Part shown: one piece after another, positions 42,053 to 52,935 of the stretch | How the letters are laid out: each line of letters opens with the position of its first letter | Numbering within the stretch: the stretch's first letter is position 1 | NCBI GenBank assembly: GCA_963835065.1 | Contig: CAWIEK010000051.1 | Location: 1-64,000 of the forward strand | Source of the DNA: an uncultured Chthonomonadaceae bacterium | GTDB lineage: Bacteria > Armatimonadota > Chthonomonadetes > Chthonomonadales > Chthonomonadaceae | Reading direction: 5' to 3' | Length of the DNA stretch: 64,000 bases | The notes under the pieces: generated by a model | Seen by the model: the letters and a program-made list of their open reading frames with translations, nothing else | Database searches by the model: none | What the model was told of the DNA's origin: nothing | Program-made: the position numbers and the translations under genes

Positions 42053-43830
42053 TGCAAACAAAACCGATCTTATTGCCTGATCCCATACCCGCGCAGGACA
42101 TCAACTTTCAGGTTGACGGCGGGCTGCTGCGCGACATTCTGCGTCGCAAAGCGCTCACGCTTGCGCTCGTCGGCCTGGCGGTGGGCGGCGGGTATGCCAT
42201 GCGCGCGTTGTACTCCGCGCCACAGCAGTACCTGGGCGAGTGTTCCATCGCGTTGCAGCAATCCGGGCCGGCGGGACTGCCCACCGGCCTGAGCGCCCTG
42301 CTCGGCGGCGGGGGCGGCGGTTCCCACAAATACATGGGCCTGCTTGCCAGCCGCATGATGGCGGAAAAAGTGGAAAAGCGGGTGCATTTGCAGGAGCGTC
42401 TGCATTTGGGCAGCCCGCAGGAAGCCGTCGGGCTATTGCGGGGCGGCTTGAAACCCGATGACACCACCTTTGACGGGCTGCTGATTATCCACTTTGTGAT
42501 GGATGCGCCGCCCATCAAGGCGCATGACGCGCAAAAGGCGGAGCAGGTACGCCTTGTCGTGGCGGATGTGGCAAACGAGTACGCCAATCAACTGGCGGAT
42601 TTCTACAGCGAAAGCAACTCGGAAGGCTCCAACGCGCTGCTTAAAATCGCCGAAAATGAGCGGCAGGAAGCGCGCGCCAATTACCAGCGCGCTACCAACC
42701 GCCTGCGCGATTTCGTGGCAAGCTGGAAGAAGATGCCCGTCGCCAACACGCCTGTCGGCGGCAATATGGAATCCAACAGCCCTGCCGACCTGCTCAGTCT
42801 GTACTCGCAAATTGACGCGCTGGATGCGGAAATGCGCTCTGCCCGCGTCGCGCAGGACACGTCCACAAAGCTGCGGACAGAGCAGATCAAGAACCTGAGC
42901 ATCCTGCCTGCCGAAGACAGCCTGCTCAACAACGCGCGCAGCCGGGTCACGGAAGCGGAATTGAATTTCAAGCGCGTGTCTGACGTGTATGGCCCCTCCA
43001 AACGGGAGTATAGCGAAGCGGAAGACAGCCTGCGCCATGCCAAAGATGAGCTGGCGCAGCAATTGAAGGGCATCCAGAAGCTGCAAACGTCGGACCAGGT
43101 GGAGTTGCGCAAGCAGCTTGCGGTTCAAAAAGACCGCCGCGACTCGCTTGCCAAACGGATCGCGTCTGCGGAAAACAGCCTGTTTTCCCGGCGCGACCTA
43201 GCCTGGCGCCTGGAGCAATTGCGCACGGATCAGGGCATCGCGCAGGGCCGGATGCAGCAGGCGGAAGTGAAAGCCGTAGACGTGCGCCTGAGCACGCTGA
43301 CAGGTAAAAGCAAAATCTCCATTCTGGACAAAGCGCTTCCCCCCGACACCAACATGGCGGGCAATGCCAGTCCCACGCGGGCGAGCATTTTAATCGGCCT
43401 GCTTGCGATGTGCGCGATTACGGCTCTGGAATACATGCGCGCCATCCGCCGTCGCTCGCTCAACGCCTTTCAGTTCGCCCTGACCAACGCCGGCCTGATG
43501 AGCAACGGTCTGCCGCATCCCATCAATGTCGCAACAGCAAACGGCAACGGCGCTCACGTCATTCACAACAATCTTAACAATCTCAACAATCACAATGTTG
43601 AGGATGACAGCCTGAACAGCGAACCGCAAAACGGCAACGGCAACAATGGCAATGGCAATGGCAGCCACACCAACGGCAGCAATGGCAACGGCAGTAACAG
43701 CAACGGCAGCAAGGCGAACACCGGCAATGTGAGTGGCGGCAGCAATGGCAATGGCGGCAGCAATGGCAATGGCGGCAATGGCAAAAACGGCGGCAAGACA
43801 GGCTATGCCAAATCCGCCCGTCGGCGCTGA
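42052..43830 (+). CDS. Polysaccharide co-polymerase-like (Wzz/GumC/KpsE-type) protein with Asn-Gly tail
   Basis: Two TM helices flanking a long coiled coil; ILDKALPP; TAATG coupling to the export gene; no tyrosine-kinase domain. Confidence 0.78.
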   Translation: MQTKPILLPDPIPAQDINFQVDGGLLRDILRRKALTLALVGLAVGGGYAMRALYSAPQQYLGECSIALQQSGPAGLPTGLSALLGGGGGGSHKYMGLLASRMMAEKVEKRVHLQERLHLGSPQEAVGLLRGGLKPDDTTFDGLLIIHFVMDAPPIKAHDAQKAEQVRLVVADVANEYANQLADFYSESNSEGSNALLKIAENERQEARANYQRATNRLRDFVASWKKMPVANTPVGGNMESNSPADLLSLYSQIDALDAEMRSARVAQDTSTKLRTEQIKNLSILPAEDSLLNNARSRVTEAELNFKRVSDVYGPSKREYSEAEDSLRHAKDELAQQLKGIQKLQTSDQVELRKQLAVQKDRRDSLAKRIASAENSLFSRRDLAWRLEQLRTDQGIAQGRMQQAEVKAVDVRLSTLTGKSKISILDKALPPDTNMAGNASPTRASILIGLLAMCAITALEYMRAIRRRSLNAFQFALTNAGLMSNGLPHPINVATANGNGAHVIHNNLNNLNNHNVEDDSLNSEPQNGNGNNGNGNGSHTNGSNGNGSNSNGSKANTGNVSGGSNGNGGSNGNGGNGKNGGKTGYAKSARRR

Positions 43831-43842
43831 ATCTAAAATCTC

Positions 43843-45357
43843 GTGAACAACATCTCCATCAAGCGCAATGTGGTCGGCAATCTTGTCGGCAGGCTGTATG
43901 CCGCCCTGATCAGTTTTGCCGTCGTGCCGATTTACATGCGCCTGCTGCGCCCGGAAGGGTACGGGCTGGTCGGCCTGTTCGTCACGCTGCAAACCGTCGT
44001 CACCCTGCTGGACTTCGGGCTGAGTCCCTGATGACGCGCGAACTTGCCCGTCTTTCCGCCCTGCCGGATACGGAACAGGAACAGCGCGACCTTGCCCGAA
44101 CGCTGGAACTCGTGTACTGGCTGATTGGCGCGTTTATTGGCGCGGCAATTATTTTGTTCGCGCCCCTGATCGCGTCCCATGCCTTACATGCGCAGGCTCT
44201 GCCCAAAACTATCGTCGTGCAGGCCATTCGCATCATCGGCCTTATCATGGTGTTTCAGTGGCCGGATTCGTTTTACAGTGGCGGGCTGTTAGGATTGCAG
44301 CGGCAGGTAGCCTTGAACGTTATCCGCATTGTCACCGCCACCCTGCAAAGCGTGGGCGCGCTGCTGATACTAAAGTTCGTTTCGCAAACCATCAGCGCGT
44401 ACCTGTGCTGGATGGTAATCGTTTGGGCCGTGCAGACCGCGCTTCTGGTGGGCTGCCTGTGGAAAACGCTGCCGCGCGCCCCGCGCCCCGCCCGCTTTCG
44501 CAAAGCCTTGTGGATTAAAAATTCCCGCTTTACGAAGGGCATGACGGGGGTTGCGCTGACGACTGTGCTGCTGTCGCAATCAGACAAACTGGCGGTGGGA
44601 ACCTTCATGCCCCTCGCCGCGTTCGGCTACTACACCTACGCGTCCAACTCTTTCCAACACCCTACCCCTGCTGTTTTCGCCCATTTACAACGCCGTTTTT
44701 CCCCGCTTTTCGCAGTTTGTCGCGCTGGAAGACGAGGCCGGACTGGCGCAGTTCTACCACAAAAGCTGTCAACTGATGGCCTTGATTGTGCTGCCGACCG
44801 CAAGCGTGGGCGCGATGTTCTCCCACGAAATTCTGACCCTGTACATGCGCAATGCGGAAGACGTTCGGCATGTGCAGCCCATCTTTTGCCTGCTGCTCAT
44901 CGGCACGGCGTTTAACGGCATCGTCACCCTGCCCTACGCGCTGCAGCTGGCGTATGGCTGGACATCGCTGGCCGCCATCAAAAACCTGCTCGCCACAATC
45001 CTTATCGTACCCCTGCTATGGTTCACCGTGAAACATTACGGCGCAATCGGCGGCTGCGTTATGTGCCTGACAACCAACATCGGGTACTTTCTGCTGGAAG
45101 TGCCGATCATGCACCGCCGCTTGCTGCGCCATGAAATGCCGGCGTGGTACATTCGGGATGTAGGACTGCCCCTGCTCATCAGCCTGGTCATCGTCGGCAT
45201 ATTTCGCGCGTTCATTTCGCCGCAAATGCCCGTTCCCGTTCTGATCGCCGGTATCGCCTGCGCCTTTCTCACCGCCCTCGCCTGCGCCTTCCTTGCCATG
45301 CCCTGGGCGCGCGCCACGCTCACGAGAAGAACTGCGCAGCCTATTCCTCCCCCTTGA
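43843..45357 (+). CDS. wzx: Oligosaccharide flippase; two probable indels (~44025, ~44655)
   Basis: YMRLL.PEGYG, LDFGL, SQSDKL, FGYY, IYNAVFPRF, LPYALQLAYGW spread over three frames. Confidence 0.85.
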
Positions 45358-45400
45358 CATTGTTCAATCGGTATATGAAATCTCCTGGTTACCCCGAACA

Positions 45401-45446
45401 TTGCGCGTTGTGGCGACGGGCTGAACCCCGTCGCCACAACGCGCAA
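45401..45446. repeat. Perfect 20-bp-stem palindrome (REP-like or terminator)
   Basis: TTGCGCGTTGTGGCGACGGG-CTGAAC-CCCGTCGCCACAACGCGCAA; 14-nt core also at 16409-16422. Confidence 0.75.
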
Positions 45447-45626
45447 AGCTATGGATAAAGAAGAGACTGAAAGTACCCTGCAAGTATTTTACAGCAAGCA
45501 TTAAAATCATTTAGCGCAAGTGTTGCCCCCGCTGGAACTTCAACAGGTGACTGTGATACAGGTATAATGGAACAGTTTCATTTTCAAACAGATTCCCAAT
45601 GCCGGGATCACTCAGGAAGGCAAAAC

Positions 45627-47939
45627 ATGCAATTTCCCCTTATCGTTCCTAAACTCCCAACGTTGTTAATGCTGTTCGCGTGCGCCGCCGTTTTGTCTGT
45701 GCTGTCTCAGGGCGAGGCGCGGGCAGGGCAGGCGAAAAAAGCGCCCCTGATGACGCGCTGGGCCAAACAGGTTGATCCCAAAAAGCCGCTGCCGGAATAT
45801 CCGCGCCCCCAACTTGTCCGTTCCGAATGGCTCAATTTGAACGGGATTTGGGAGTATCAGCCCGGAATGGAGGGCGATACGGTTCCGGTTGGCAAAACGC
45901 TGTCGAGTCAGATTGTCGTGCCGTACCCCGTCGAGTCCGCGCTGTCGGGGGTGATGGAGCATCATGACCGGCTGTGGTATCGCCGCGCCTTTACCGTGCC
46001 GCCCAAGTGGAACGGCAAACAACTGATGCTCAACTTCGGCGCGGTGGATTACGAAAGCGAAGTGTTTGTCAACGGCAAAAGCGTGGGCGTACATACGGGC
46101 GGCTATGTGCCGTTCAGCTACGACATCACGCCCTACCTAAAATCCGGTGGCCCGCAGGAACTGATCGTGCGCGTTTTCGATCCCACCGACTTGGGCGGGC
46201 AGCCGCGCGGCAAGCAAACGCTGCATCCCGGCGGCATCATGTACACGCCCACAAGCGGCATCTGGCAGACCGTGTGGCTGGAACCCGTTGCGCAGGGCGG
46301 GATTCGAGACCTGCATATCGTTCCCGACGTAGACAACAGCCTTGTACGCCTTACGGTGAACGCCCCGAACGCAACGTCGGCAACCCTCTGCGTCGTCAAA
46401 ATCCGAGAAGCAGGCCGCGTAATTAAAACCGTCACAATGACGCCCAACGCCGAAGCCCCAATCCCCATTGAAAACGCTCGACTGTGGTCGCCGGACAGCC
46501 CATTTTTATATGATATGGAGGTGGCGCTGATAGACCGGAAAAATCTGGATGTGACGACGCTGATAAACGGGAAAAACGCAACAGATCGCGTCACCAGCTA
46601 CTTCGGGATGCGCAAAATCTCGCTTGCGCAGGTCGGCGGCTTCCAGAAGATGATGCTCAACAACAAGTTCGTCTTTGAAATCGGGCCGCTGGATCAGGGG
46701 TTTTGGCCGGACGGGATTTATACGCCGCCAAGTGAAGCCGCGCTCAAAGCCGATATTGCGTCCATGAAAACCTTCGGCTTCAACATGGTGCGCAAGCACA
46801 TCAAAGTGGAACCCGCCCGCTGGTACTACTGGACGGACAAAATGGGATTGCTCGTGTGGCAGGACATGCCCTCGCCCAACTCCTACACCGACCATCCGCA
46901 GCCCATTGACAAACCCGTTTTCGAGAAACAACTGAACGACATTATCACCACGCACTGGAACGCCCCCTCCATCATCATGTGGGTGGTTTTCAACGAAGGG
47001 CAGGGACGACACGATACGGCGCGGCTGGTAAATATGGCAAAGCAACTCGACCCGTCGCGCCTTGCCGACCGGGACAGCGGTTCCGGTTACGAGAAAAACG
47101 AGGATGTGGGCGATGTGGAAGACATTCACTCGTACCCTCCGCCCGCGTACCCGCCCGTCAGCCCGACACGCGCACTTGTGTGCGGCGAATACGGCGGCAT
47201 CGGCTATCTCGTCAAGGGGCATACCTGGCGAACAACGGGAGGAGGCTACACGAATGTCACGAGCGCGAAAGATTTGGAAGAGCGGTACGGCGAATATGCC
47301 GCCATGCTGAAGATGTTCCGGGATCAGCGCGGCTTGAGCGCGGCCGTTTACACGCAGATTACGGACGTGGAAACCGAGCTCAACGGCCTGCTCACGTATG
47401 ACCGCGCGTTCAAATGCGACCCGGCGGAAATCGCCAAAGCCAACCGATTCGAGTACCCGGTTCCGACATATCAGGAGATCATTCCCACTTCGGAAAAAAC
47501 TGCGCAAACGTGGAAATATACCTTTACGATGCCGACAGGGAACTGGATGGGGAAGACGTTCGACGACACAAATTGGCAAAGCGGCATGGGCGGATTCGGT
47601 ACGCAGGTTCCCACCGACCCGCATATCGGAACGCCCTGGACGACTTCAGACATCTGGCTGCGGCGAACGTTCAATCCGGGCAGTTTGACGGCGGAGCAGA
47701 TCAGCCAATTGGTCATTCGGGACTACCACGACGAAGACATAGAAGTGTATATTAACGGCGTCCGAGCGTATGCGGCAGGCGGTTACATCGCTTCCTACGA
47801 GTACAAGCCGCTCACGCCCGAAGCCCGCAAAGCCCTGATACTCAACGGAGAAAACACGTTCGCCGTCCATTGCCACCAAACCACCGGCGGCCAGTACATT
47901 GACGTCGGCATTTTCCAGCGCATCCCCGCCCGGCAATAA
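45627..47939 (+). CDS. Glycoside hydrolase family 2, secreted
   Basis: EYPRPQL, NLNG.W, FGAVD, HTGGY, SGIWQTVW, FGMR, FNMVRKHIK, WVVFNEG, GEYGG. Confidence 0.93.
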   Translation: MQFPLIVPKLPTLLMLFACAAVLSVLSQGEARAGQAKKAPLMTRWAKQVDPKKPLPEYPRPQLVRSEWLNLNGIWEYQPGMEGDTVPVGKTLSSQIVVPYPVESALSGVMEHHDRLWYRRAFTVPPKWNGKQLMLNFGAVDYESEVFVNGKSVGVHTGGYVPFSYDITPYLKSGGPQELIVRVFDPTDLGGQPRGKQTLHPGGIMYTPTSGIWQTVWLEPVAQGGIRDLHIVPDVDNSLVRLTVNAPNATSATLCVVKIREAGRVIKTVTMTPNAEAPIPIENARLWSPDSPFLYDMEVALIDRKNLDVTTLINGKNATDRVTSYFGMRKISLAQVGGFQKMMLNNKFVFEIGPLDQGFWPDGIYTPPSEAALKADIASMKTFGFNMVRKHIKVEPARWYYWTDKMGLLVWQDMPSPNSYTDHPQPIDKPVFEKQLNDIITTHWNAPSIIMWVVFNEGQGRHDTARLVNMAKQLDPSRLADRDSGSGYEKNEDVGDVEDIHSYPPPAYPPVSPTRALVCGEYGGIGYLVKGHTWRTTGGGYTNVTSAKDLEERYGEYAAMLKMFRDQRGLSAAVYTQITDVETELNGLLTYDRAFKCDPAEIAKANRFEYPVPTYQEIIPTSEKTAQTWKYTFTMPTGNWMGKTFDDTNWQSGMGGFGTQVPTDPHIGTPWTTSDIWLRRTFNPGSLTAEQISQLVIRDYHDEDIEVYINGVRAYAAGGYIASYEYKPLTPEARKALILNGENTFAVHCHQTTGGQYIDVGIFQRIPARQ

Positions 47940-48078
47940 CGCCGGGTGTTGCGGCAGGATCGCTGAAATTTCAAAAGCGCGCTCGGCCTTGCTGGAAACG
48001 GTATTGAAGACCGGGAAGGGTTTCTGGATTGGGGCGAGCGCGCTTCTTCTCACAAGTCAGCATGACAGGAGATTGCTC

Positions 48079-48408
48079 ATGGCAGAACACTTTACTTACA
48101 AGCCTGTTGAGTGGACTACCGAAAGGAGCAAAATCAATGCGCCGGACCGCTTGCAAGCCATCCAAGAGGTTCTTGATAAACGAGGTCCCATCATCGTGCA
48201 GCATTGGTTCTATTACGGTGGCCGCGCGCCGGACCGCCTTGTGTTTGTTGATTACGACGAGTTTACAGAGTACCTGAACAGCAAGGCTAAGGCAGGTGAC
48301 GCATTTGACGTGTGGAGATTTGCGGACGTATGTACGCGCGACAACATGCTGGCGGAAGGCAAAATGCCTGATGAACAAGGGCGTGTGCCCGTTGGCGGCG
48401 CGTACTGA
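48079..48408 (+). CDS. Hypothetical protein
   Basis: AGGAG RBS; 109 aa ending PDEQGRVPVGGAY. Confidence 0.65.
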   Translation: MAEHFTYKPVEWTTERSKINAPDRLQAIQEVLDKRGPIIVQHWFYYGGRAPDRLVFVDYDEFTEYLNSKAKAGDAFDVWRFADVCTRDNMLAEGKMPDEQGRVPVGGAY

Positions 48409-48568
48409 AAGGTCGCCGCCGTAAGTTCTCGCAGTGGCGGGCTTGTTTTGCGCGTTCCAAATGATGAGAGCGGATATGTTTAGTGTTTAATTCTCTCGGC
48501 AGCCCTTGTCACAGAGGCATAGGATATAACACGCTGTATTTTGGACGGTTATCAGGAGGGGAGCGGGC

Positions 48569-49191
48569 ATGGCCTACGCCGACTTTACACTGAGCAGCGT
48601 GACCAAGCGGTTCAACTTGACGCTAGACACAAGCATGGATTTGTACGGGCATATTCCTGCCGTCACGCCCGAACCCGCCTTTTTGCGGCGCTTGCAGCGC
48701 GATATGGAGATGGCGCTGCAAGTGTCTACGGAAAGAGCGCGTTCCGAATTTATCATCGCGCCTATTCTGGCCGAAGTGCGGTACATGGCGCATAACGAAA
48801 TCGCGCTGTTTTCCGGCGTGGAGTTTACGGTTGACGCGCTGCAAGACCTAGCGGTTTTTGCGACTACATTATTACTCGTTCCCGGCAACAGATGTTTGTT
48901 GAGGCTCCCGTGCTGATGCTGGCGGAAGCCAAGAACGAGGACATGAAGCGCGGCTACGCGCAGTGCTTTGCCGAAATGATTGCGGCGCAATTGTTCAACG
49001 CCCGCCACGACAGCGAAGTGGAGAAGCTCTACGGCGCGGTCAGCATCGGCAATCAGTGGAAGTTTCTGGAACTCGAAGGCGCAACCGCCCGCATTGACCG
49101 CATGGACTACTACATCGAACATGTAGACAAAATCATGGGCATCCTGCTCTACATGGCGACAGGCCGCGCTGCGTCCTCCCCTGCGCCTTGA
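48569..49191 (+). CDS. PD-(D/E)xK-like hypothetical protein; probable indel near 48850
   Basis: ERARSEFIIAPIL, GFCDYII (shifted frame), EAKNED, QCFAEMIAA, YGAVS.G..W.F. Confidence 0.75.
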
Positions 49192-49275
49192 GGGTTCCAT
49201 TTTGATAGTTCCATTTTAGAGGACGACTCCTTGAATTCTGCGCCTACGCGCTGACGTTATTGGGCGAACCTGTCT

Positions 49276-50175
49276 ATGTGGAAGAGTTTTCGGGCGTTCA
49301 GCCGGGAACGAAATAGCGATATGAGGAGAAGCATGAGATACGCCCTCCCCAATCCGCGCCAAAAGCGCAACGTTTGGTTGAAGATTACTTTGCGCAACGC
49401 AAAAAAGAGGAAGCCTTTGGATAATCGAAGCAAGCCGCGACGTAGAAGTTTCTCTCGAAAGAATAACACGCTGGTAGTGTTCGCTGGTTTAGGCTGCGTG
49501 TTCGGAAGCGAATTTTTGGGCATAATGTTTGGTAAAACAACCGCCGGTTCCGTAATTGCTGTTAGCGGAGTGTCCATCGGGTTTATACTGGCATTCTATG
49601 GCCTTTCTCGAGCTTTTATATGGAAAGCAGAAGTTCGCGCTGTTATAGAGACAGAGAATATCGAACAGATTGGCATTCTCGTGGAGGCGTTAGGATTGCG
49701 GAACCGCTGGGGCAATTGTGGTAACACGCCAGAGGCACGGCAGCGCGTTACCGCTTTTTACGAAGGTCTGGATGAGGTGTTGATCCGACTGTTACCGCAA
49801 CTACAGTCGGGGGATATTGCGCTGTTGACGAAAGAACAGCGAACTATTTTATACCAGAGCCTGCAGGGAAGAGATTCTTATCTGGTGGAAGCGATCCTGA
49901 AAGGTCTGATGCAGATAGATGACCAGGGCGCCCGTCCTGCTATCACTGAACTGGCTAATGGGAAATGGAAGGCTGAACAGGATACGTCCTTGCGCGCATT
50001 GGCACAGGAATGTCTGGCGCAGTTGCAGAGGAACCGGGAGCAGGAAGAAGTTCGTCACAATCTTTTACGCGCCTCTCAGAATGCAAACTACTCTTCCGCA
50101 AACTTGCTGCACACCGCCTTGCCTGATGAACGCGAGCAGGCATCCAAGCAGTTACTACGCGCAAACAAGGACTGA
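49276..50175 (+). CDS. Membrane protein with HEAT-like repeat and triple LLR tail (paralogue of 15129-16385)
   Basis: Two TM segments; ILKGLMQIDD; HNLLRA/ANLLHT/KQLLRA; start uncertain. Confidence 0.65.
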   Translation: MWKSFRAFSRERNSDMRRSMRYALPNPRQKRNVWLKITLRNAKKRKPLDNRSKPRRRSFSRKNNTLVVFAGLGCVFGSEFLGIMFGKTTAGSVIAVSGVSIGFILAFYGLSRAFIWKAEVRAVIETENIEQIGILVEALGLRNRWGNCGNTPEARQRVTAFYEGLDEVLIRLLPQLQSGDIALLTKEQRTILYQSLQGRDSYLVEAILKGLMQIDDQGARPAITELANGKWKAEQDTSLRALAQECLAQLQRNREQEEVRHNLLRASQNANYSSANLLHTALPDEREQASKQLLRANKD

Positions 50176-50210
50176 TGTTCTGGGAAACCTCATAGCGACT
50201 GCGCATAGTG

Positions 50211-50363
50211 GGGGTAAGCCATGCGCTGATACTGTTGGCGAATTACCTGCAGACCTTATTCGGGCCTGAAACGGCGACGTTTTGAGATCAAGCCGCACAG
50301 CGCAAATACACTCAAATGGCCCATTTTGGAATTCGCCAACAGTATCAGCGCATGGCTTACCCC
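50211..50363. mobile_element. MITE-like element with 34-bp perfect inverted repeats
   Basis: GGGGTAAGCCATGCGCTGATACTGTTGGCGAATT (50211-50244) and its exact reverse complement (50330-50363); 85-bp spacer. Confidence 0.7.
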
Positions 50364-50416
50364 GACTTTACGTGGAAGAGTTTTCCGGCGTGGACTTGCC
50401 GCCGAGGCAAACAGGA

Positions 50417-52882
50417 TCAGCGGCGTCCGCCCCGAACCCCGCCCCCAAAACCGCCAGCCCTGACGCCGCCCCCAAAACCGCCGGGCTGCGCCCCCCCAAA
50501 ACTGCCCGTCGGGACGCCGACGCTGCCACGCCGCGCATAACCGCCGAAACTGCCGCCCATCGAAGGAAAGGGGCTGCTGATTTGCGGCGCGGGGGCGCGG
50601 AAAACCGGCGAGGGCGCGCGAAACGTTGGCGTGACTGGCCGCGCTGCGCCGATACTCGTCGGACGATAGGAACCGATTCCTGTTGACGGGCGGTATGTTC
50701 CGAGGCCGACAGTTCCCGCTCCCGCGCCGATATGCGAGGGGCTTGCTGCCGCGCGTATTCCTCCAAGCGCGCGGACGCTTTGCTCACTGTTGAGACGCAT
50801 GGGTGTTTCCGGGCGCGCGTTCGGAATGCCTGCCCGCGCCGTTCGGACATTCGCGCCCACCGACGTTCGACTGGCCGCGCCGGAAGTGGGCAAGGGACGC
50901 CATTGATTGCCGGTACGCGCTTCCCAGCCTGTCGGAGTACGACGGTACACGCCGCCATCCCGTCCGGCAAAGACGGTGTTGCCGCCCGTCCTGCCCCGAT
51001 TGCCGAGCGTATACGCAGGCCGTACTCCCAGTCGTGGGCGGCTCGTGGCGATATTCTGCGGCCAGCGGTGGTACACATTGAAGTGGTTCAAGTTGGCGTC
51101 GTGCCAGCGCCAGTCGCCATGATCCCGGCGGAAGTTGTCCGTCCAGCGCACGCGATCATGCCAGCGCCAATCGCCCCACCACGGCCCCCACCAGGGATGC
51201 CAGATTGGGCCATAGCCGAACCCGAACCCGATAGACCACCCGCTGCCGATGTTAAAATCAAAGCCCACCCCCAGGCCATAGGTGATCGGAGCGCCAATCC
51301 ACAGGCTGCCGATCCAGGGCCGATAACGATACCCGGAGCCATAAACCACGCACCCGTAAGGTTCTACATACGTTCCCAAATAACCGGGCGTGTAGCCTAC
51401 GTAGACCGCGTCCGGCGTGGCTCCGTACACGTAGGTATTTGTCACATAGTTGATCGGAGACGTGACGGGAATGGTATAAATCACGGGTGGAACGGAGGCC
51501 GCGAGTGTCCAGGGGCCGATGGGCGCCCCGCCCGTAAACCACGCGCCGTTCTGACAGGCGTAGTACACGCCGGGACTGATGAGAATGACCGGCGTGGCCG
51601 TGTTGATGGCGTACTGCATCGTCGTGCCTTCAACGGGCGCGAATTGCGGGTCGCCATCGTAGACCACGTCAAGGTGGGCGGAACTTCGCTGCACCGTCGC
51701 GGTTTGCGGGATGTTATGCGCGATAAGCGCCTGTTTCGCTTCCGTTGTTCCGGGCACGGAGGGGAGCGCGTCGCCGGCGGGGTGCGATTCGGGAATACGG
51801 GCGAAGTCGCGGGGCAGCGCGCTGCCCGCAACGAATGTCCACGCGCCGCCTGTCAGCGACCGGGACCGATACCAGCGTCCCGAAATCAGCGCGTAGTAGT
51901 TCTGGTCGGCGGTATTGAGGAACAGGCTGTTTTGTGAATTTTGCGCCCACAGCAGGCGGGTTCCGGCAATGGGCGCAAAGTTGGGCGCTCCCTGCGTTTG
52001 GATCAGTTCCGCCTGTGTTTCGCTGACATACACGGTGGGCACGACATCGGTATCCAGCGCCTGCTTCACATCGGGCGTCGGATTGTCCATTAAGTCCACG
52101 TTCTGCGTGGCGACGGCGGCCTGCCGCGCGGTTTCCAATGCGGCGGGCAGGTTGACGGCGACCTTCCAGATGGCTTGCAGGGAAGCGGCCTGCATCCAGC
52201 GATCCATCAGGTACAGGTAGTAGGTTCCGCTGCCCTGATCGAGCAGCAGGAGGGCGGGGGTATTGATTACCCGCAGCAGATTGGTTCCCGCAACCGGGCG
52301 CAGGGTCGGCGGGCCGTCCACCAGTACCAGCACGGCGGGGCGATTGCTGTAAAGGATGCGGGGCGGATCGTTACGGATGGGCTGTTGTGTCTGCCGCTGC
52401 TCGGCCTGCGTAATCGCAAGGTTGGCTTCCAGCTGCTCCAGCGGCACGGTACGCGCGAGATTGCCCACATCCTGCTGCAGCGCCCGGACGTAGTTCTGGT
52501 CGTTGGGCAGAGTGTTGCGCGTGATCTGAATATCATTGAGCGTGACGAGCGAGGCTTCCTTGTCCACGTCGGTACGGGCGGAAAACCAGATGACGCCGTA
52601 AACAGGCGTGGCGACGGCGTTGGCCTGCACGGATACCGCCGAGCGTCCCGTCAGGCGGTTGCCCTGCCAGCGGTCAAGCTGCGGCTGATAAACGGTGAGG
52701 GTCGCGGTTCCACTGGTAATCTGTCGCGGCCATTGGGTCAGCAGGGCGTCCTGCGAACCGGGTACGGGCATTGTGGCCGTGTTTTGCGCCCGTGCCGGCC
52801 CGTAACCGGCGGTGGGCGCAAGCGTGAGAAGAAGCCCTATTCCGGCGACCGGGGCGTAGCGTTGCGTGTAAATACGATTCAT
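50417..52882 (-). CDS. Large secreted protein with Trp-rich and Gly/Arg-rich C-terminus (homologues often loosely labelled carbohydrate-binding)
   Basis: Signal peptide ARA|Q; WPRQ..YQPQ; ISGRWY; YTPGY; WHPWWGPWW; GGFGGG repeats. Confidence 0.72.
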   Translation of the reverse strand: MNRIYTQRYAPVAGIGLLLTLAPTAGYGPARAQNTATMPVPGSQDALLTQWPRQITSGTATLTVYQPQLDRWQGNRLTGRSAVSVQANAVATPVYGVIWFSARTDVDKEASLVTLNDIQITRNTLPNDQNYVRALQQDVGNLARTVPLEQLEANLAITQAEQRQTQQPIRNDPPRILYSNRPAVLVLVDGPPTLRPVAGTNLLRVINTPALLLLDQGSGTYYLYLMDRWMQAASLQAIWKVAVNLPAALETARQAAVATQNVDLMDNPTPDVKQALDTDVVPTVYVSETQAELIQTQGAPNFAPIAGTRLLWAQNSQNSLFLNTADQNYYALISGRWYRSRSLTGGAWTFVAGSALPRDFARIPESHPAGDALPSVPGTTEAKQALIAHNIPQTATVQRSSAHLDVVYDGDPQFAPVEGTTMQYAINTATPVILISPGVYYACQNGAWFTGGAPIGPWTLAASVPPVIYTIPVTSPINYVTNTYVYGATPDAVYVGYTPGYLGTYVEPYGCVVYGSGYRYRPWIGSLWIGAPITYGLGVGFDFNIGSGWSIGFGFGYGPIWHPWWGPWWGDWRWHDRVRWTDNFRRDHGDWRWHDANLNHFNVYHRWPQNIATSRPRLGVRPAYTLGNRGRTGGNTVFAGRDGGVYRRTPTGWEARTGNQWRPLPTSGAASRTSVGANVRTARAGIPNARPETPMRLNSEQSVRALGGIRAAASPSHIGAGAGTVGLGTYRPSTGIGSYRPTSIGAARPVTPTFRAPSPVFRAPAPQISSPFPSMGGSFGGYARRGSVGVPTGSFGGAQPGGFGGGVRAGGFGGGVRGGRR

Positions 52883-52935
52883 CTCTGTCTTTTCTGTCTT
52901 TCTAACATTGTTTTTCTATGTGCCTGCCAGTACGG

